A stretch of 64,000 bases of DNA from the IMG/VR virus record IMGVR_UViG_3300035670_000181, positions 2,334 to 66,333 of that record; one strand, 5' to 3'. Both the position numbers and the translations under genes were made by a program. The notes under the pieces were generated by a model. That model ran no database searches and had not been told where the DNA came from. It saw only the letters and a list, made by a program, of their open reading frames with translations. Of this stretch, positions 39,548-50,176 are shown in pieces; position 1 is the stretch's first letter; each line of letters begins with the position of its first letter. The stretch comes from a virus.

Positions 39548-40337
39548 CTATTGGCTCCAGGGACTTAATCCTAATCAGTCCCTTGCCAGCTTCTGCACAT
39601 GCCTTTTGAATAGGACATGTCTTGCAAATCTTAGAGTTTGACCTGTAGTTTTTCTCAGGAAGCTTTTTATCTTCCCAAGCCTTTCTAACAGATTTCATCC
39701 AATCAAATGTCTGGTTTACCCACCTTACATAGTAATCATTAATTTCTACTGGAATAATCAGTAGGTCATGATTGTTTTTGTTTTCATAAATCAAGACTGC
39801 TTTAGTCTTGTTTAGAATCTTCATATAAATAAGCAGCTGAACTAGGTGCCCTAGCTTTGGCTTACCATTTGCCTTGCGATACTCAAAGCCTTCGCTTGGC
39901 ATAGTCTTGATTTCTCCTAGCAGATCTTCGCCTGCCCAATCTAAAATAACGTCACCAAAACCAAAAATTGGTGGGTCACTATATGTAACCTTGAACTCTG
40001 CATCTTTTAGAATTCCAGCATCTGCCATAGCCTGCTGAATTCTTTCATGCGACTTTGTTCCGCTAGTCATGTTGGCACCACCATAAGCGTCTGCATTATC
40101 CTCAAACATAGCACCCTCAAACGCCAGGTACCAATAACGTGGACACTCTCCGTGAGAATATGCGATCGTGCTTGGTGCAAAAGTTTTCTTTTGTGCGAAC
40201 TTAGTCTCACGCTTAGCGATATACCCATAATTAATCTTATCAATCAAATCTTGAGTATTTAAAAAGCTTGGTGCCTTCATTGGCGTATCGCCCTTTAGCA
40301 TAATTTGTTGCAATAAATTTTTAGCCATAATATCCAC
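39519..40337 (-). CDS. Cas4-like PD-(D/E)xK exonuclease
   Basis: ECPR, G...HE, D..L...EIKT, Q...YM, CKTCP...C. Confidence 0.82.
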   Translation of the reverse strand: MDIMAKNLLQQIMLKGDTPMKAPSFLNTQDLIDKINYGYIAKRETKFAQKKTFAPSTIAYSHGECPRYWYLAFEGAMFEDNADAYGGANMTSGTKSHERIQQAMADAGILKDAEFKVTYSDPPIFGFGDVILDWAGEDLLGEIKTMPSEGFEYRKANGKPKLGHLVQLLIYMKILNKTKAVLIYENKNNHDLLIIPVEINDYYVRWVNQTFDWMKSVRKAWEDKKLPEKNYRSNSKICKTCPIQKACAEAGKGLIRIKSLEPIDEKQALSMV

Positions 40338-40679
40338 TTAGCGAGCAATATACTTTAAGGCTGAAACTAAGTCATTGATTGCCTCAGCTGCAGTATAATA
40401 TATATTCTTTTTTGCTCTATCTCCCTTATCTACGTTAGTCATCCATGTTGCTTTAAAAGCCATTTTTGCTGCAATCGCTTGCAGTCTAACAATCTCAACA
40501 GTAGCCACATTCATAGGAATATCTGGCTTTACAATTAGTTTTGCTATAAAAGTCAATGCTTGTGTAAGCTCCTCGTCATTCATAAAATCAGCAATCTCTG
40601 CCAATCCGTTTACCATAGACAAGGTTGTCTGGTTTTGATCAGTCAATATTAACCCTTCTGGTCGTAGATTTCTTGCCAC
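40338..40679 (-). CDS. Hypothetical protein
   Basis: Helical ORF in the replication module; true start probably near 40650. Confidence 0.6.
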   Translation of the reverse strand: MARNLRPEGLILTDQNQTTLSMVNGLAEIADFMNDEELTQALTFIAKLIVKPDIPMNVATVEIVRLQAIAAKMAFKATWMTNVDKGDRAKKNIYYTAAEAINDLVSALKYIAR

Positions 40680-41230
40680 GACCGCTCTCTCTCCGTCATC
40701 ATATCAGTAAAGTCTTGATCTAGTATTTCTCTGCCCACTCCCTTTTCAGAGAAGTGACAAAATATCATATCAGTAAAATCATCTTTTGTAAAGTCTACCT
40801 TATCCCTCCAGTGTACCTGGTGAGTTCCAGCAAAAGTTAGTGCCTCATTATCTTTTAGGGTATAAGATCTTCCCTCAACAACAATTGCCCATGGAATAGT
40901 AGATCTAAGCTGAATATCAAACGTTAGCCTTGGCTCCTTGAAGGTATGATCAACATGTGGATTTAGCTGTGGCTTGTGCCCAGTATCTAAAGAATATCTT
41001 GCAAAAGATAGTTCTCGTAGCTCAAGTGGTGTATCCGTTATGGATTGTGCCTTTTCTACAATAACATCTACAATCTCATCTGGCAGCCAGGAGTGGTAGG
41101 CTGCCTGACCATAAAAGTCAAGTATGCCAACCTTTTCTTTAGATGTAGAATTAACGTGAGCATAAATTTTCTTTATTTGCTCTTCATTAAATATATTAGA
41201 AACTATTACATTATCTTGGTCAAATTTCAT
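40649..41230 (-). CDS. 2OG-Fe(II) oxygenase-like
   Basis: PHVD...L.DNEALTF.G...VHWR. Confidence 0.7.
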   Translation of the reverse strand: MKFDQDNVIVSNIFNEEQIKKIYAHVNSTSKEKVGILDFYGQAAYHSWLPDEIVDVIVEKAQSITDTPLELRELSFARYSLDTGHKPQLNPHVDHTFKEPRLTFDIQLRSTIPWAIVVEGRSYTLKDNEALTFAGTHQVHWRDKVDFTKDDFTDMIFCHFSEKGVGREILDQDFTDMMTERERSWQEIYDQKG

Positions 41231-42010
41231 CTATGCCTCCTCTACAATTCCATGAACATTGGATGGAATTCCAGCTTCTTCTCCCATTCCATTATACAGG
41301 CTCCATGCAGATAAAAATCTTGGATGACTATTTAGTTCATCAACATACTTTTGTCTTTGCTCTTTGTGATAGCGAACATCAAGTGGATCAACTTGCCCAG
41401 TAAACCTCCAGTTGTCTAGCGGTGAATAGTTTACTGTCAAAATTTTAACAAAGTCGTCTCTGCCCCAAACTCTTTTTGGTCTCCAGTGAACCTGATTTAA
41501 TGAACTAAAAATTAGGGCATCGCCTGTTTTTAAAGAATGTGGTTCACCATCAATATAAATTTCCCAATCAATGTTTCCACCTATTTGATAATTAAAGGTT
41601 AAGATGGTTTCTGCTGCATCAATGTGTGGTGGCAAAGATGGAGCAACCTTATAGTCGCTATACTTTGGTGCATAATCCAAGTAGCTAAAGTGTGAAAGCT
41701 TTAGCGGTTCTTGATATAGTGGAAGGATAACAGCATCCATCTCTTTTTCAGCTATCTCTGGAAATGGAAATTCTACCACTAGGCGTGATAGCTCTGCCAT
41801 AATTCTAGGAGCATACCGCTCAGGATGCTTCGGTGAGGACAAATCATCAACCTTTAGGTCAACACCATTGGTAACATCCTCAAAAGCCTTCAAAATCGAT
41901 TCTACGGCCTCTGGAGATAGGGCATCCTCTATGTATATTGGCAAGTCTGAGCTGTATTTTTCAAAGCCAGTTAAATATTTATGCATTGGAGCTATGTTGT
42001 TCATATCCAT
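41231..42010 (-). CDS. 2OG-Fe(II) oxygenase-like (paralog)
   Basis: PPHID...GDALIF...QVHWR; leaderless start at 42010. Confidence 0.7.
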   Translation of the reverse strand: MDMNNIAPMHKYLTGFEKYSSDLPIYIEDALSPEAVESILKAFEDVTNGVDLKVDDLSSPKHPERYAPRIMAELSRLVVEFPFPEIAEKEMDAVILPLYQEPLKLSHFSYLDYAPKYSDYKVAPSLPPHIDAAETILTFNYQIGGNIDWEIYIDGEPHSLKTGDALIFSSLNQVHWRPKRVWGRDDFVKILTVNYSPLDNWRFTGQVDPLDVRYHKEQRQKYVDELNSHPRFLSAWSLYNGMGEEAGIPSNVHGIVEEA

Positions 42011-42017
42011 AGTATTA

Positions 42018-42302
42018 TTATACACCATTGACCAACTGGTCTAAAAGATCAAATTCAATAATGGCTAAACGAACCTTTGAGTTGCCTTCTCCAAGAACCA
42101 CAACTATTGCAGGATCAGCATTTGACTTTATTGCATCAGTTACAGCTTTAGCCCAAATATCTTTGTCTATTCTAATACCGTTAGGATATTCTTTAAAATC
42201 AATAACAAAGCTATTCCAAGAGGCATCGCCTTTCTTGGTATTTCTTCCAGAGTTCTTGTGCTGCTTAGCACCAATCCTTTTACTCTCTGTTCTTTCGCTC
42301 AT
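42018..42302 (-). CDS. PD-(D/E)xK resolvase-like nuclease
   Basis: E..RIGA...NSG...KGDA...IDFKE. Confidence 0.65.
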   Translation of the reverse strand: MSERTESKRIGAKQHKNSGRNTKKGDASWNSFVIDFKEYPNGIRIDKDIWAKAVTDAIKSNADPAIVVVLGEGNSKVRLAIIEFDLLDQLVNGV

Positions 42303-42465
42303 AATCTTTCTTTGTTTTTTTAGTATCTAGTGATACCGTGCTAAGATGTTTATCAGGACACATCCAAGTAAGCGTTTTATCATCAATATAGTGCCTTAAA
42401 CTTTTAACAACTACCTTGCATGTGTGACAAGGAAACTGACCATTGTGAACAACATATCTAGACAT
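42280..42465 (-). CDS. Small Cys/His protein
   Basis: CHTC...WMC..KH. Confidence 0.6.
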   Translation of the reverse strand: MSRYVVHNGQFPCHTCKVVVKSLRHYIDDKTLTWMCPDKHLSTVSLDTKKTKKDYERKNRE

Positions 42466-43471
42466 TTATTTTTGCCATCAGGCTTTCTTGTAGGTCTAAG
42501 TCTTCTCTTACCCTTGCAATAAATGCATCACGTCCTTGGATCTTGCTTCCATCTTCTAGCTGGTACCAGGCACCTGTTCTTGAAACAGCACCAAGCATTT
42601 CTGCAGTATCCACAAGGTCTCCAATACTATCAATTCCAGTCAGTGGTCCCTGAAAGTAGAAGTCATACTCTCCATCTTGGAATGCTGGACTAGTTTTTGA
42701 AAACTGTAAATCCCAACGAACCTTACGCCCAACCTTTTCTTCAATAAGCTTATCTCCAACCTGGATCTTGCCCTTTAAAGCTTGATTATCTGATTCCGAA
42801 GAAAAAAGCTTGATTACGGTTGAAGAGTAAAACTTTGTAGCTTGTCCACCAGATGGCTGCTGACTGGTGTACATTGCAGAAATGTTGTTTCGTGACTGAC
42901 TAATCAAGATTAGCAAAGTTGGCTTAACCTTATTATTTGCATAATTTAGCATCTTCCACGCATTGCTAAAGTCTCTTGACTCTGCACCAATCTGCTTTGT
43001 ATTCTCTAGCTGCTTTAGCTCATCAGAATCTTTTTCAAAATAGATTGCAGGTAATAGAGATGTAATGGAATCAACTACGATTAGATCTACCCCTGCCTCC
43101 ATTAATCCAACACCAACATCTACCATCTCATTAATTGTTCTTGCTTGAGAGTAAATCAGCTTTGTTGGATCAACGCCAAGCTTTACTGCCCACTCTTCAG
43201 AGTAGGACATCTCTGCATCAATCCAGGCACAAATCTTCCCCTCTTGTTGAGCTAGAGCAATAGTCTGCAAGCATAGCGATGACTTAGCACTTGACTTGCT
43301 ACCCCAAATTAATACCTGTCTTCCATAGGGAAGGCCACCATTAAGTGCACGATTCAGTCCATGACTTGGTGTTTTTTGATACTCTGTCTTAATCCCTACA
43401 GCAGTTCCAAGTCTCTTACGAATTCTAGGGTCTAGCTGTGCTAATACATCTTCTACGCTAACTGTTGACAA
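42458..43471 (-). CDS. recA: RecA-like recombinase
   Basis: LNGGLPYGR, variant Walker A GSKSSAKS, WIDAE, LGVD, VVDS, ISQ.R, GG.A.KFYSS, GAWY. Confidence 0.88.
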   Translation of the reverse strand: MSTVSVEDVLAQLDPRIRKRLGTAVGIKTEYQKTPSHGLNRALNGGLPYGRQVLIWGSKSSAKSSLCLQTIALAQQEGKICAWIDAEMSYSEEWAVKLGVDPTKLIYSQARTINEMVDVGVGLMEAGVDLIVVDSITSLLPAIYFEKDSDELKQLENTKQIGAESRDFSNAWKMLNYANNKVKPTLLILISQSRNNISAMYTSQQPSGGQATKFYSSTVIKLFSSESDNQALKGKIQVGDKLIEEKVGRKVRWDLQFSKTSPAFQDGEYDFYFQGPLTGIDSIGDLVDTAEMLGAVSRTGAWYQLEDGSKIQGRDAFIARVREDLDLQESLMAKINV

Positions 43472-46400
43472 TTACATCCTCCATGATCACTGTTCCGTCT
43501 TTAGTTTTACCAAACTCAAATTTATAGGCATTGCCCTCTTGAATTTTCATGTAAGCCTTAGCAAAAGTGGTAGGAAAGACTGTTACTGAATGCAAGTCTC
43601 TGCTTGAATCAGCCAACGTAAGTGAAGCCATCTTTTTACCAGTTTTTGTAACTCTTGGCTTAAATGATACCACAAACATCTCGTCATTCTTATATGGCAG
43701 CTGTTTATAGTTTAGAAACTTTACCAAGGCTGACTCAGAATTTCTAATTTCATCAGCAGCAACATGACTAACAATCCTGTTATCACTACATAGTAGGAGA
43801 TAAGTTTTACCAGGTTCAATCGCTGTTTGTTCTTCATCAAATATACCAACACTTCCTGTCTTGTCTAATATTTCTACACGTGACCAGCCCTTGCCACGCT
43901 TAATATTCTTTACCATGCCCATCAAAACAAATGATCCTGACTCCTCAAAGTCAGCCACATCATTTATAAATGCATAGTAGTGTGATGGCACAGTAATATT
44001 AAACTCTGGAAGATTTAAATACTCGTAAAGATTTTCACGAACTTCATCATCATTCCTTGGCTGATCTGGGAATGTCGCAGCACCAATAACACGTAATGCC
44101 TGTAGTGCACGACTATTGACTCCATTGCCCTTGCCAAATGTAAATTCTTCTAGCTCTTTGTATGACTTAAAGGGCCTAGCAGCAATATATTTAGATGCAA
44201 TATTATCGCTAATATATTTAATTGCTGTCAAACCAAACCTAATAGCCTTGCCCTCAATCTTAAAATCATTATCTGACTCATTGATATGTGGCAAACGAAT
44301 AGGAATGTCCATACGCTTAGCTTCAATTAAGTACTCAGTGCGAGCGTCCTTGTCCTTCTCATTCTTAAGAAGTGAGTACATAAACTCTAGAGGATAGTAA
44401 TACTTTAGCCAGGCAGTCCAGTAGGACAGGGTTGAGTATGCTACGGCGTGAGACTTGTTGAACGAGTAGCCTGCGTGAGCCTCAAAGTCATGCCAAAGCT
44501 CCAGAGCAACGTTTGGAGCCAAGAATCTGGAAGCACCCTCTACGAACTTATCCTGGAACTGCTTAAACTCCTTGGCATCCTTCTTCTTACCAATAATCTT
44601 ACGAACCTTATCAGCCTCAGCCATAGTCATACCGCCAAGCTCTGTACAGGCCTGCATAACTTGCTCTTGATACAGAATACATCCATAGGTTTCCTGAGTA
44701 AAGGCTTTCATTACTTGGTGATGATATGCAATATTTTGCTTACCATGCTTACGAGCAATGTAGTCTTTGCCAATTGTATTCATGGCACCTGGACGAACTA
44801 GAGCATTAGATGCTGCAAGCTCAGAAAAGTTTTTGACACCCATTTTAATCAACAGATTTGTATATGGAGTAGCTTCACACTGGAAAACACCCTTTGTATA
44901 TCCAGATGATAGCATCTCGTAGACCTTAGAATCTTCCATATTGATATCATGCAGATCAATCTCTATTGCATGCCTGTCCTTGATAATGTCTAAGGTATCA
45001 CGAATAACAGACAATGTTTTTAGACCTAGAGCATCAATCTTAATAAGACCAATACGCTCTGCCTCTTCCATGTCTACAGCTACTACTGGGATTCTTTCTC
45101 CGCTACCTGGCGATGTCCTTGTTTCCATCGGAGCGACTTTAAATATTGGAGACTTAGAAGTGACAACACCAGCAGCGTGGATGCCAGTTCCCCTAATCCT
45201 TCCACGAAGTTGTTCACCATATTTTTCAATTTCTGGGTACTTTTCTCTAAACCATGCTGCCTGTTTTGATGTGCAGTAATCATCCCAAGTGTCCACCACC
45301 TTCATAACTTTATTGACATCCGTCAATGGTATATTGAGGACACGTGCGATATCACGCACTACGCCCTTATCTTTAAACTGCAAAAATGTAGCAATAGACG
45401 CTACGTGACGATACTGGCGTACTAGATAATCCTTTACCTCTTCACGCCTTGAGTCTTGAATATCTGTATCAATATCTGGAAAGTCATTACGCTCTGGATT
45501 AATAAAACGGAAGAATAGCAGACCGTGAACAATAGGGTCAATGTCTGTAATGCCAAGAGCGTAGCATAGAAGAGATCCTGCAGCAGAACCACGTCCTGGC
45601 CCCACCATGATTCCCTCTTTCTTTGCCCATGCAATCATATTTCTAACTACTAGAAAGTATGGACCAAAGTTTTTACTACTAATAACCTCAAGCTCTTCAT
45701 CAAGCCTAGATAAGTACTCTTCTCTATTGTGCAAACCAAGCTTTTCAAGGCCTTCCATTGCAAGGTTTCTCAACTCTTGATCTGGGTTTTGGTATTGAAC
45801 TGGAAGAAGATCTAGATGCTCTTTAAGCTTATAGTCTTCAATCTTTGCTGCAATCTCACGAGAATGCTCATAAATATCTTCACGATCTATGCCCTGCTTC
45901 TTCATGGCTAGATGCATCTCTTCATCTGATAAAAGATGAATCTCAAACTTATTAAATGACATCTGACGGTCTGCACCATATAGATAGTCAAGCCTATCCA
46001 TCAGATTATCATACTTTGTAGACTTTTCATATGTAGCATCTTTCTCAACCTTATTTGCATAAGTATTAAGAATTAGCTTAAGCTCCTGGATTTCTTTTTG
46101 CCCAGTGTGTGAGTGGTGGCAGTCTGGTGTTACTACAGCTCGTACGCCATACTTATCTGCTAGGTTTAACAGCTCATTATTAACCTTTGCAGGGTTGTGT
46201 GGCATAACCTCAATGTAATAGTCATCACCAAAAACTCTTTGATGCCACTCAATAATTCTCTTAGCCTCAGCATACTCATCTGCTTCAATAGCCTTAGCTA
46301 GAGCACCAGAGAGGCATCCAGAGGTAACGATAAGTCCCTCTGAATACTTCTCTAGCACCTCATAGTCAATACGTGGCTTCTTGTAATAACCTTCAGTCCA

Positions 46401-46739
46401 CGCAATCTCGTTGAGCTTATTTAGATTTTCTAGCCCAACCTTATCTTTGGCAATTAGGATGATGTGGTTATAAACCAAATCAAGAGGACCCTTACGATCT
46501 TCCTTATCTCTCTGATCAAATCTATCAGATGTAATATAACCCTCAATGCCAAGAATTGGCTTGATGCCCTTCTCTTTTGCTACACGATACATCTCACGAT
46601 GCCCAGAAAGGGATCCATGATCTGTAATCGCAATAGCATTCATTCCAAGTTCAGCTGCTCTATCTACATACTCCTGTGGCGTAGCGATACCATCAAACAG
46701 GGAATAGTGAGTGTGAACATGCAAGCCAATGTAACTCAT
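43458..46739 (-). CDS. dnaE: DNA polymerase III alpha subunit
   Basis: PHP HVHTHYS/TDHG, GPGRGSAAGS, PDIDTD, HAAG, GVFQ, YQEQ, YSFNKSHA. Confidence 0.96.
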   Translation of the reverse strand: MSYIGLHVHTHYSLFDGIATPQEYVDRAAELGMNAIAITDHGSLSGHREMYRVAKEKGIKPILGIEGYITSDRFDQRDKEDRKGPLDLVYNHIILIAKDKVGLENLNKLNEIAWTEGYYKKPRIDYEVLEKYSEGLIVTSGCLSGALAKAIEADEYAEAKRIIEWHQRVFGDDYYIEVMPHNPAKVNNELLNLADKYGVRAVVTPDCHHSHTGQKEIQELKLILNTYANKVEKDATYEKSTKYDNLMDRLDYLYGADRQMSFNKFEIHLLSDEEMHLAMKKQGIDREDIYEHSREIAAKIEDYKLKEHLDLLPVQYQNPDQELRNLAMEGLEKLGLHNREEYLSRLDEELEVISSKNFGPYFLVVRNMIAWAKKEGIMVGPGRGSAAGSLLCYALGITDIDPIVHGLLFFRFINPERNDFPDIDTDIQDSRREEVKDYLVRQYRHVASIATFLQFKDKGVVRDIARVLNIPLTDVNKVMKVVDTWDDYCTSKQAAWFREKYPEIEKYGEQLRGRIRGTGIHAAGVVTSKSPIFKVAPMETRTSPGSGERIPVVAVDMEEAERIGLIKIDALGLKTLSVIRDTLDIIKDRHAIEIDLHDINMEDSKVYEMLSSGYTKGVFQCEATPYTNLLIKMGVKNFSELAASNALVRPGAMNTIGKDYIARKHGKQNIAYHHQVMKAFTQETYGCILYQEQVMQACTELGGMTMAEADKVRKIIGKKKDAKEFKQFQDKFVEGASRFLAPNVALELWHDFEAHAGYSFNKSHAVAYSTLSYWTAWLKYYYPLEFMYSLLKNEKDKDARTEYLIEAKRMDIPIRLPHINESDNDFKIEGKAIRFGLTAIKYISDNIASKYIAARPFKSYKELEEFTFGKGNGVNSRALQALRVIGAATFPDQPRNDDEVRENLYEYLNLPEFNITVPSHYYAFINDVADFEESGSFVLMGMVKNIKRGKGWSRVEILDKTGSVGIFDEEQTAIEPGKTYLLLCSDNRIVSHVAADEIRNSESALVKFLNYKQLPYKNDEMFVVSFKPRVTKTGKKMASLTLADSSRDLHSVTVFPTTFAKAYMKIQEGNAYKFEFGKTKDGTVIMEDVIVNS

Positions 46740-46749
46740 AAACTATCTG

Positions 46750-47412
46750 CTACCAATCCATGTTGGATGCAGAAGTTACAGATGGGCCATCAAAGCCAAG
46801 GTAAAAAGACTCCTGCTCTGCATATGGCACCTTGCTTAGTGCTCGCTCCAGAGGGAATGGGCTAATGCCTGACCAGTCAAATGGCTCCTTATCTGGAGTG
46901 GAAGGAATTAGAGTATAGCTGGTCTCAGTACCCTGACCATTACGCTTTAGCTTCCACTGTAGATTAGAAATACTGCCAGTCTCTAGTGCATACTCACGAA
47001 TAGTGTTAAATGCAGACTGCTTGCTTACACCCATTGACCAAATGGCTACGTATGGTGCCTCAATACCATCATCAACTAGAACATTGCAGTAGAAGCGAAG
47101 ACGACCACGCCAACCGCTATTACCCTTTGGATCCTTGCGATACATTTCTTCTGCCCAGTCACGGCCCTCAGTGTCCATAGTGTCTACAGCCTTACGACGA
47201 TAGTCCTTTGGATTAGTGTGTTCCTTGACCACTAGGGCCAGGCCACGTGCTTCAGCATAGCTTGCACTGTCCTCGTCAAGCTCTTCAATAAAACGAATCT
47301 TGACTGACTGACCGTCAGCTAGCTTTAGCCAACGCACCTTTGGTGCATTTTCATCATACTTAGGCTTATCAAGTAGTGCATTGATATTCTTTAGCCCTTT
47401 AATTACGCTCAT
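46750..47412 (-). CDS. Single-stranded DNA-binding protein (gp32-like)
   Basis: KLADGQS.KIRF, KRNG.G.ET.Y, acidic/aromatic C-terminus; lies between primase and polymerase. Confidence 0.65.
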   Translation of the reverse strand: MSVIKGLKNINALLDKPKYDENAPKVRWLKLADGQSVKIRFIEELDEDSASYAEARGLALVVKEHTNPKDYRRKAVDTMDTEGRDWAEEMYRKDPKGNSGWRGRLRFYCNVLVDDGIEAPYVAIWSMGVSKQSAFNTIREYALETGSISNLQWKLKRNGQGTETSYTLIPSTPDKEPFDWSGISPFPLERALSKVPYAEQESFYLGFDGPSVTSASNMDW

Positions 47413-47450
47413 TCTTTTTCTCCTATAGTTTGCTATATAAATTAGCTATG

Positions 47451-48395
47451 TTAGTTTAGCATTAGCGATATAGTTTTGTCAAATGTTTTATCAAGTAATT
47501 TGATAGATTCGTCATCCATATCACCAATGTCTTTGTATTTTTTATCAAGCTGCAGAACTGTTACACGAGATCCAAGACGTTCAACAATCCTATTTCTCAT
47601 ATTACTTCCTGCCTCATCATTATCTGCAACAATAATAATATTGTTGAAGTATTTTTGCAACAAATCTAGCTGACTTGTTGAAACATTTGCACCAAGAGTT
47701 GCTACAGCTGGAAAGCCACATTGATCCAGCCTAATCGCATCAAACGAAGACTCAACTACATAAACCTTGCTTGAGGCCTTAGTTCTGTGTAAATTAAACA
47801 AAAGCTTACTCTTTGGTAGTCCTGGAGTGTTTTTAAAATCTTTGCCCTCAACTGATCTACCAACAAAACCGATAAGCATTCCATCTGGTGAGTGGACTGG
47901 GATTGTAATCATATCTTGCTTTTCAGAGTATCCAAGAGCAAACTTCTTAACAGAATCTTCAGTGATTAACCTAGATGAGTAATAACGCATAGCCCTAGGA
48001 CTTTCGATGGCTTGTGTGTGTAGTCGTTTTACCAAAATCTCGTCAAACTGAACAAAGTCTGGCTTGGCATTTAATTGCTTAACAATATCATCTGCAATAT
48101 TTGATGCCTGCTCCTTGCTTTTAATGAATCTAGCTGCTTCAAAATAGTTTCGTCCAGAGGTATGCATGATTAGCTCTACAAGATTAGCTGTATGCTGACA
48201 GGAAAAGCAGAAAAATATTCCAGTTGACTTACTTACTTCACCTGCTGGAGTTCTGTGATTACCATGAAATGGGCAGAAGATTATGTAGTTGCTGCCAAAA
48301 TCTGCCTCTACGTCTATGCCAGATCCTGCAAGTACACGTCTGATTTGCTCTTCTGTGTAAACACTACCGTTGTTCCGTCTATTCCTGCTATCCAT
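47451..48395 (-). CDS. DNA primase
   Basis: CPFH...CFSC Zn finger; TOPRIM VESSFDA, ATLG, DNDEAG, KDIGD. Confidence 0.92.
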   Translation of the reverse strand: MDSRNRRNNGSVYTEEQIRRVLAGSGIDVEADFGSNYIIFCPFHGNHRTPAGEVSKSTGIFFCFSCQHTANLVELIMHTSGRNYFEAARFIKSKEQASNIADDIVKQLNAKPDFVQFDEILVKRLHTQAIESPRAMRYYSSRLITEDSVKKFALGYSEKQDMITIPVHSPDGMLIGFVGRSVEGKDFKNTPGLPKSKLLFNLHRTKASSKVYVVESSFDAIRLDQCGFPAVATLGANVSTSQLDLLQKYFNNIIIVADNDEAGSNMRNRIVERLGSRVTVLQLDKKYKDIGDMDDESIKLLDKTFDKTISLMLN

Positions 48396-48640
48396 TCTGC
48401 TTTTTTCTTTCCTACGTATACTCCATGTATTGATAATTCAAATTCAAAATATTTTGTTAGTTCGTTATATGCTGTTGTAAAGTCTGGGTTGATATCATAT
48501 CTTGGAACATATCCAGATAGCCTCATTTCAGATATCAAGAGTCTAATATATTCATTTTTAAGTCTACTAAAAGCAGAGTCATCATGAATTATACCATCCA
48601 GCTTGAACATCTTTATAGGTTTGTGATGATAGTGTTCCAT
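48314..48640 (-). CDS. Hypothetical protein
   Basis: MR..GYVP..DI...HGVYVGK; TATAAT-N7-ATG. Confidence 0.65.
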   Translation of the reverse strand: MEHYHHKPIKMFKLDGIIHDDSAFSRLKNEYIRLLISEMRLSGYVPRYDINPDFTTAYNELTKYFEFELSIHGVYVGKKKAEWIAGIDGTTVVFTQKSKSDVYLQDLA

Positions 48641-48654
48641 GACATATATTATAA

Positions 48655-49875
48655 CTACTTATCTTCATAGTCCTTGTACTTATACCAACCTTTATCAAAA
48701 TCTACCTGGACCAAAAACTCGCCCATAAAGCCATTACGGTTCTTTCTGAATACACACTCAATAATGTCAGAATTTGTCCCACGACCCAATGCCATAACCC
48801 AGTCAGCATCATATGCAATCTGACGTGACCAAGCAGTCTGTCCAAGTGTAGGAACAGTATCAAGCTTTGTAACATCATCAGGAGTAGCAGATGAAATTGC
48901 AATAATAGGAACTTCTTCTGAAATAGCCATAAGCTTTAGCTCACGAGATAGGTTCTTCATACGTACTGTCTCATTGTCTGCCTTTTGGTTTGGAGACATA
49001 AGCTGTAGGTAGTCAACAATAACAAAGTCTGGATTATATTGGTCAATCTTTCCACGCAATACAGATGGGGTGATGTCTCCACCTGTATCGTTAGAAATAA
49101 TATGGAACTCTGGCTTGCCCTGCAACCTGTCTTTATGCCAACGCTTAAGATCATCAATATCTACCATACCAGAGCTGAGCTTTCTATGTGACCAAAGGCC
49201 CTCCCCCATGATGGTAAATACACGATTTCTAACTTCAGCCTCTGACATTTCAAGGCTAATCACTAGCGGAGATTTACCCTGTTTCCAGGCCTGTACGGCG
49301 AAATAAAGGCTTAGCCAAGACTTACCTATACCTGGATAGGCCAAGAATACACCAAGCTGTCCTGGCATGATTCCTGCTGGCAGGTAATTGTCAAAACCTG
49401 GCAAACCAGTTTTAATGCCCACGGTGCCTAGCTCTTGCTCTCTCTTTAAGTGTTCATAATAGGCAATTGCTGAGTCTATATCAGTGACATCTATGTCACG
49501 AATAACTGCTGTATTTTTTCTTAGCTCTGCAGTTTTAGCAATTAGATCTTCTAGTGCATTTGCACCATTTCCACTCTGTACCTCAGATGCAGAAGACATC
49601 AGGATTTGCTTTAGGCTTTCATTAACATATTCATGCTGAAGCTCGTCTAGATGATACTTTGTTGAACCAATACCCTCAGCTGGTGAAAAGTCACGATGCT
49701 TCTCTACCACCAAGCTCACAGGTGGTACAGTGCCATTTGCCTCATAGTACTTGCGAATAAACTGCCAGATATCACCATGGGTACGCAGAAGGTTTTCTAC
49801 ATTTGCCTGCAGCAAGACATGCAACTGCTTGTCCTGTAAAACTGCTGTTATTAGTTTTGCCTCTGTATTACTCAC
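48655..49875 (-). CDS. dnaB: Replicative DnaB-like helicase
   Basis: AYPGIGKS, SLEM, VDYLQLM, SRELK, IAYDAD, KNRNG. Confidence 0.93.
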   Translation of the reverse strand: MSNTEAKLITAVLQDKQLHVLLQANVENLLRTHGDIWQFIRKYYEANGTVPPVSLVVEKHRDFSPAEGIGSTKYHLDELQHEYVNESLKQILMSSASEVQSGNGANALEDLIAKTAELRKNTAVIRDIDVTDIDSAIAYYEHLKREQELGTVGIKTGLPGFDNYLPAGIMPGQLGVFLAYPGIGKSWLSLYFAVQAWKQGKSPLVISLEMSEAEVRNRVFTIMGEGLWSHRKLSSGMVDIDDLKRWHKDRLQGKPEFHIISNDTGGDITPSVLRGKIDQYNPDFVIVDYLQLMSPNQKADNETVRMKNLSRELKLMAISEEVPIIAISSATPDDVTKLDTVPTLGQTAWSRQIAYDADWVMALGRGTNSDIIECVFRKNRNGFMGEFLVQVDFDKGWYKYKDYEDK

Positions 49876-50176
49876 TTAACCACTTCTTTGCTAGTTCTCT
49901 ACGTTGTTGTCGTTCTCTATTATCCTGCTCTTGTGCAGCTTTTGCAAGCACTATTTCATGTGCGAAATTAGAAAAGTATTTCCAGTCTGGCTTTTGTGCT
50001 GATTCAAAGTAGTACTCTAGAAGGTCATAGCATTGATCTAGTCCATAGGACTCTACCAGAGCATCTGCTGCCCACTGCTCTGCCCATAAATTATATGTTG
50101 GCTTTGCACTATACTTAAGCTGATAATGCTTGTTAAATCTGCTCAGCAAAGCCATACGGTCTTTGCGATCAGCCAT
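49868..50176 (-). CDS. Hypothetical replication-module protein
   Basis: 102-aa ORF overlapping the dnaB start. Confidence 0.6.
   Translation of the reverse strand: MADRKDRMALLSRFNKHYQLKYSAKPTYNLWAEQWAADALVESYGLDQCYDLLEYYFESAQKPDWKYFSNFAHEIVLAKAAQEQDNRERQQRRELAKKWLSE

Noticed and set aside
39519-40337. Cas4-like gene as evidence of CRISPR-Cas
   Set aside because: No repeat-spacer array or other cas genes seen; solo Cas4-like nucleases are common in phage replication modules
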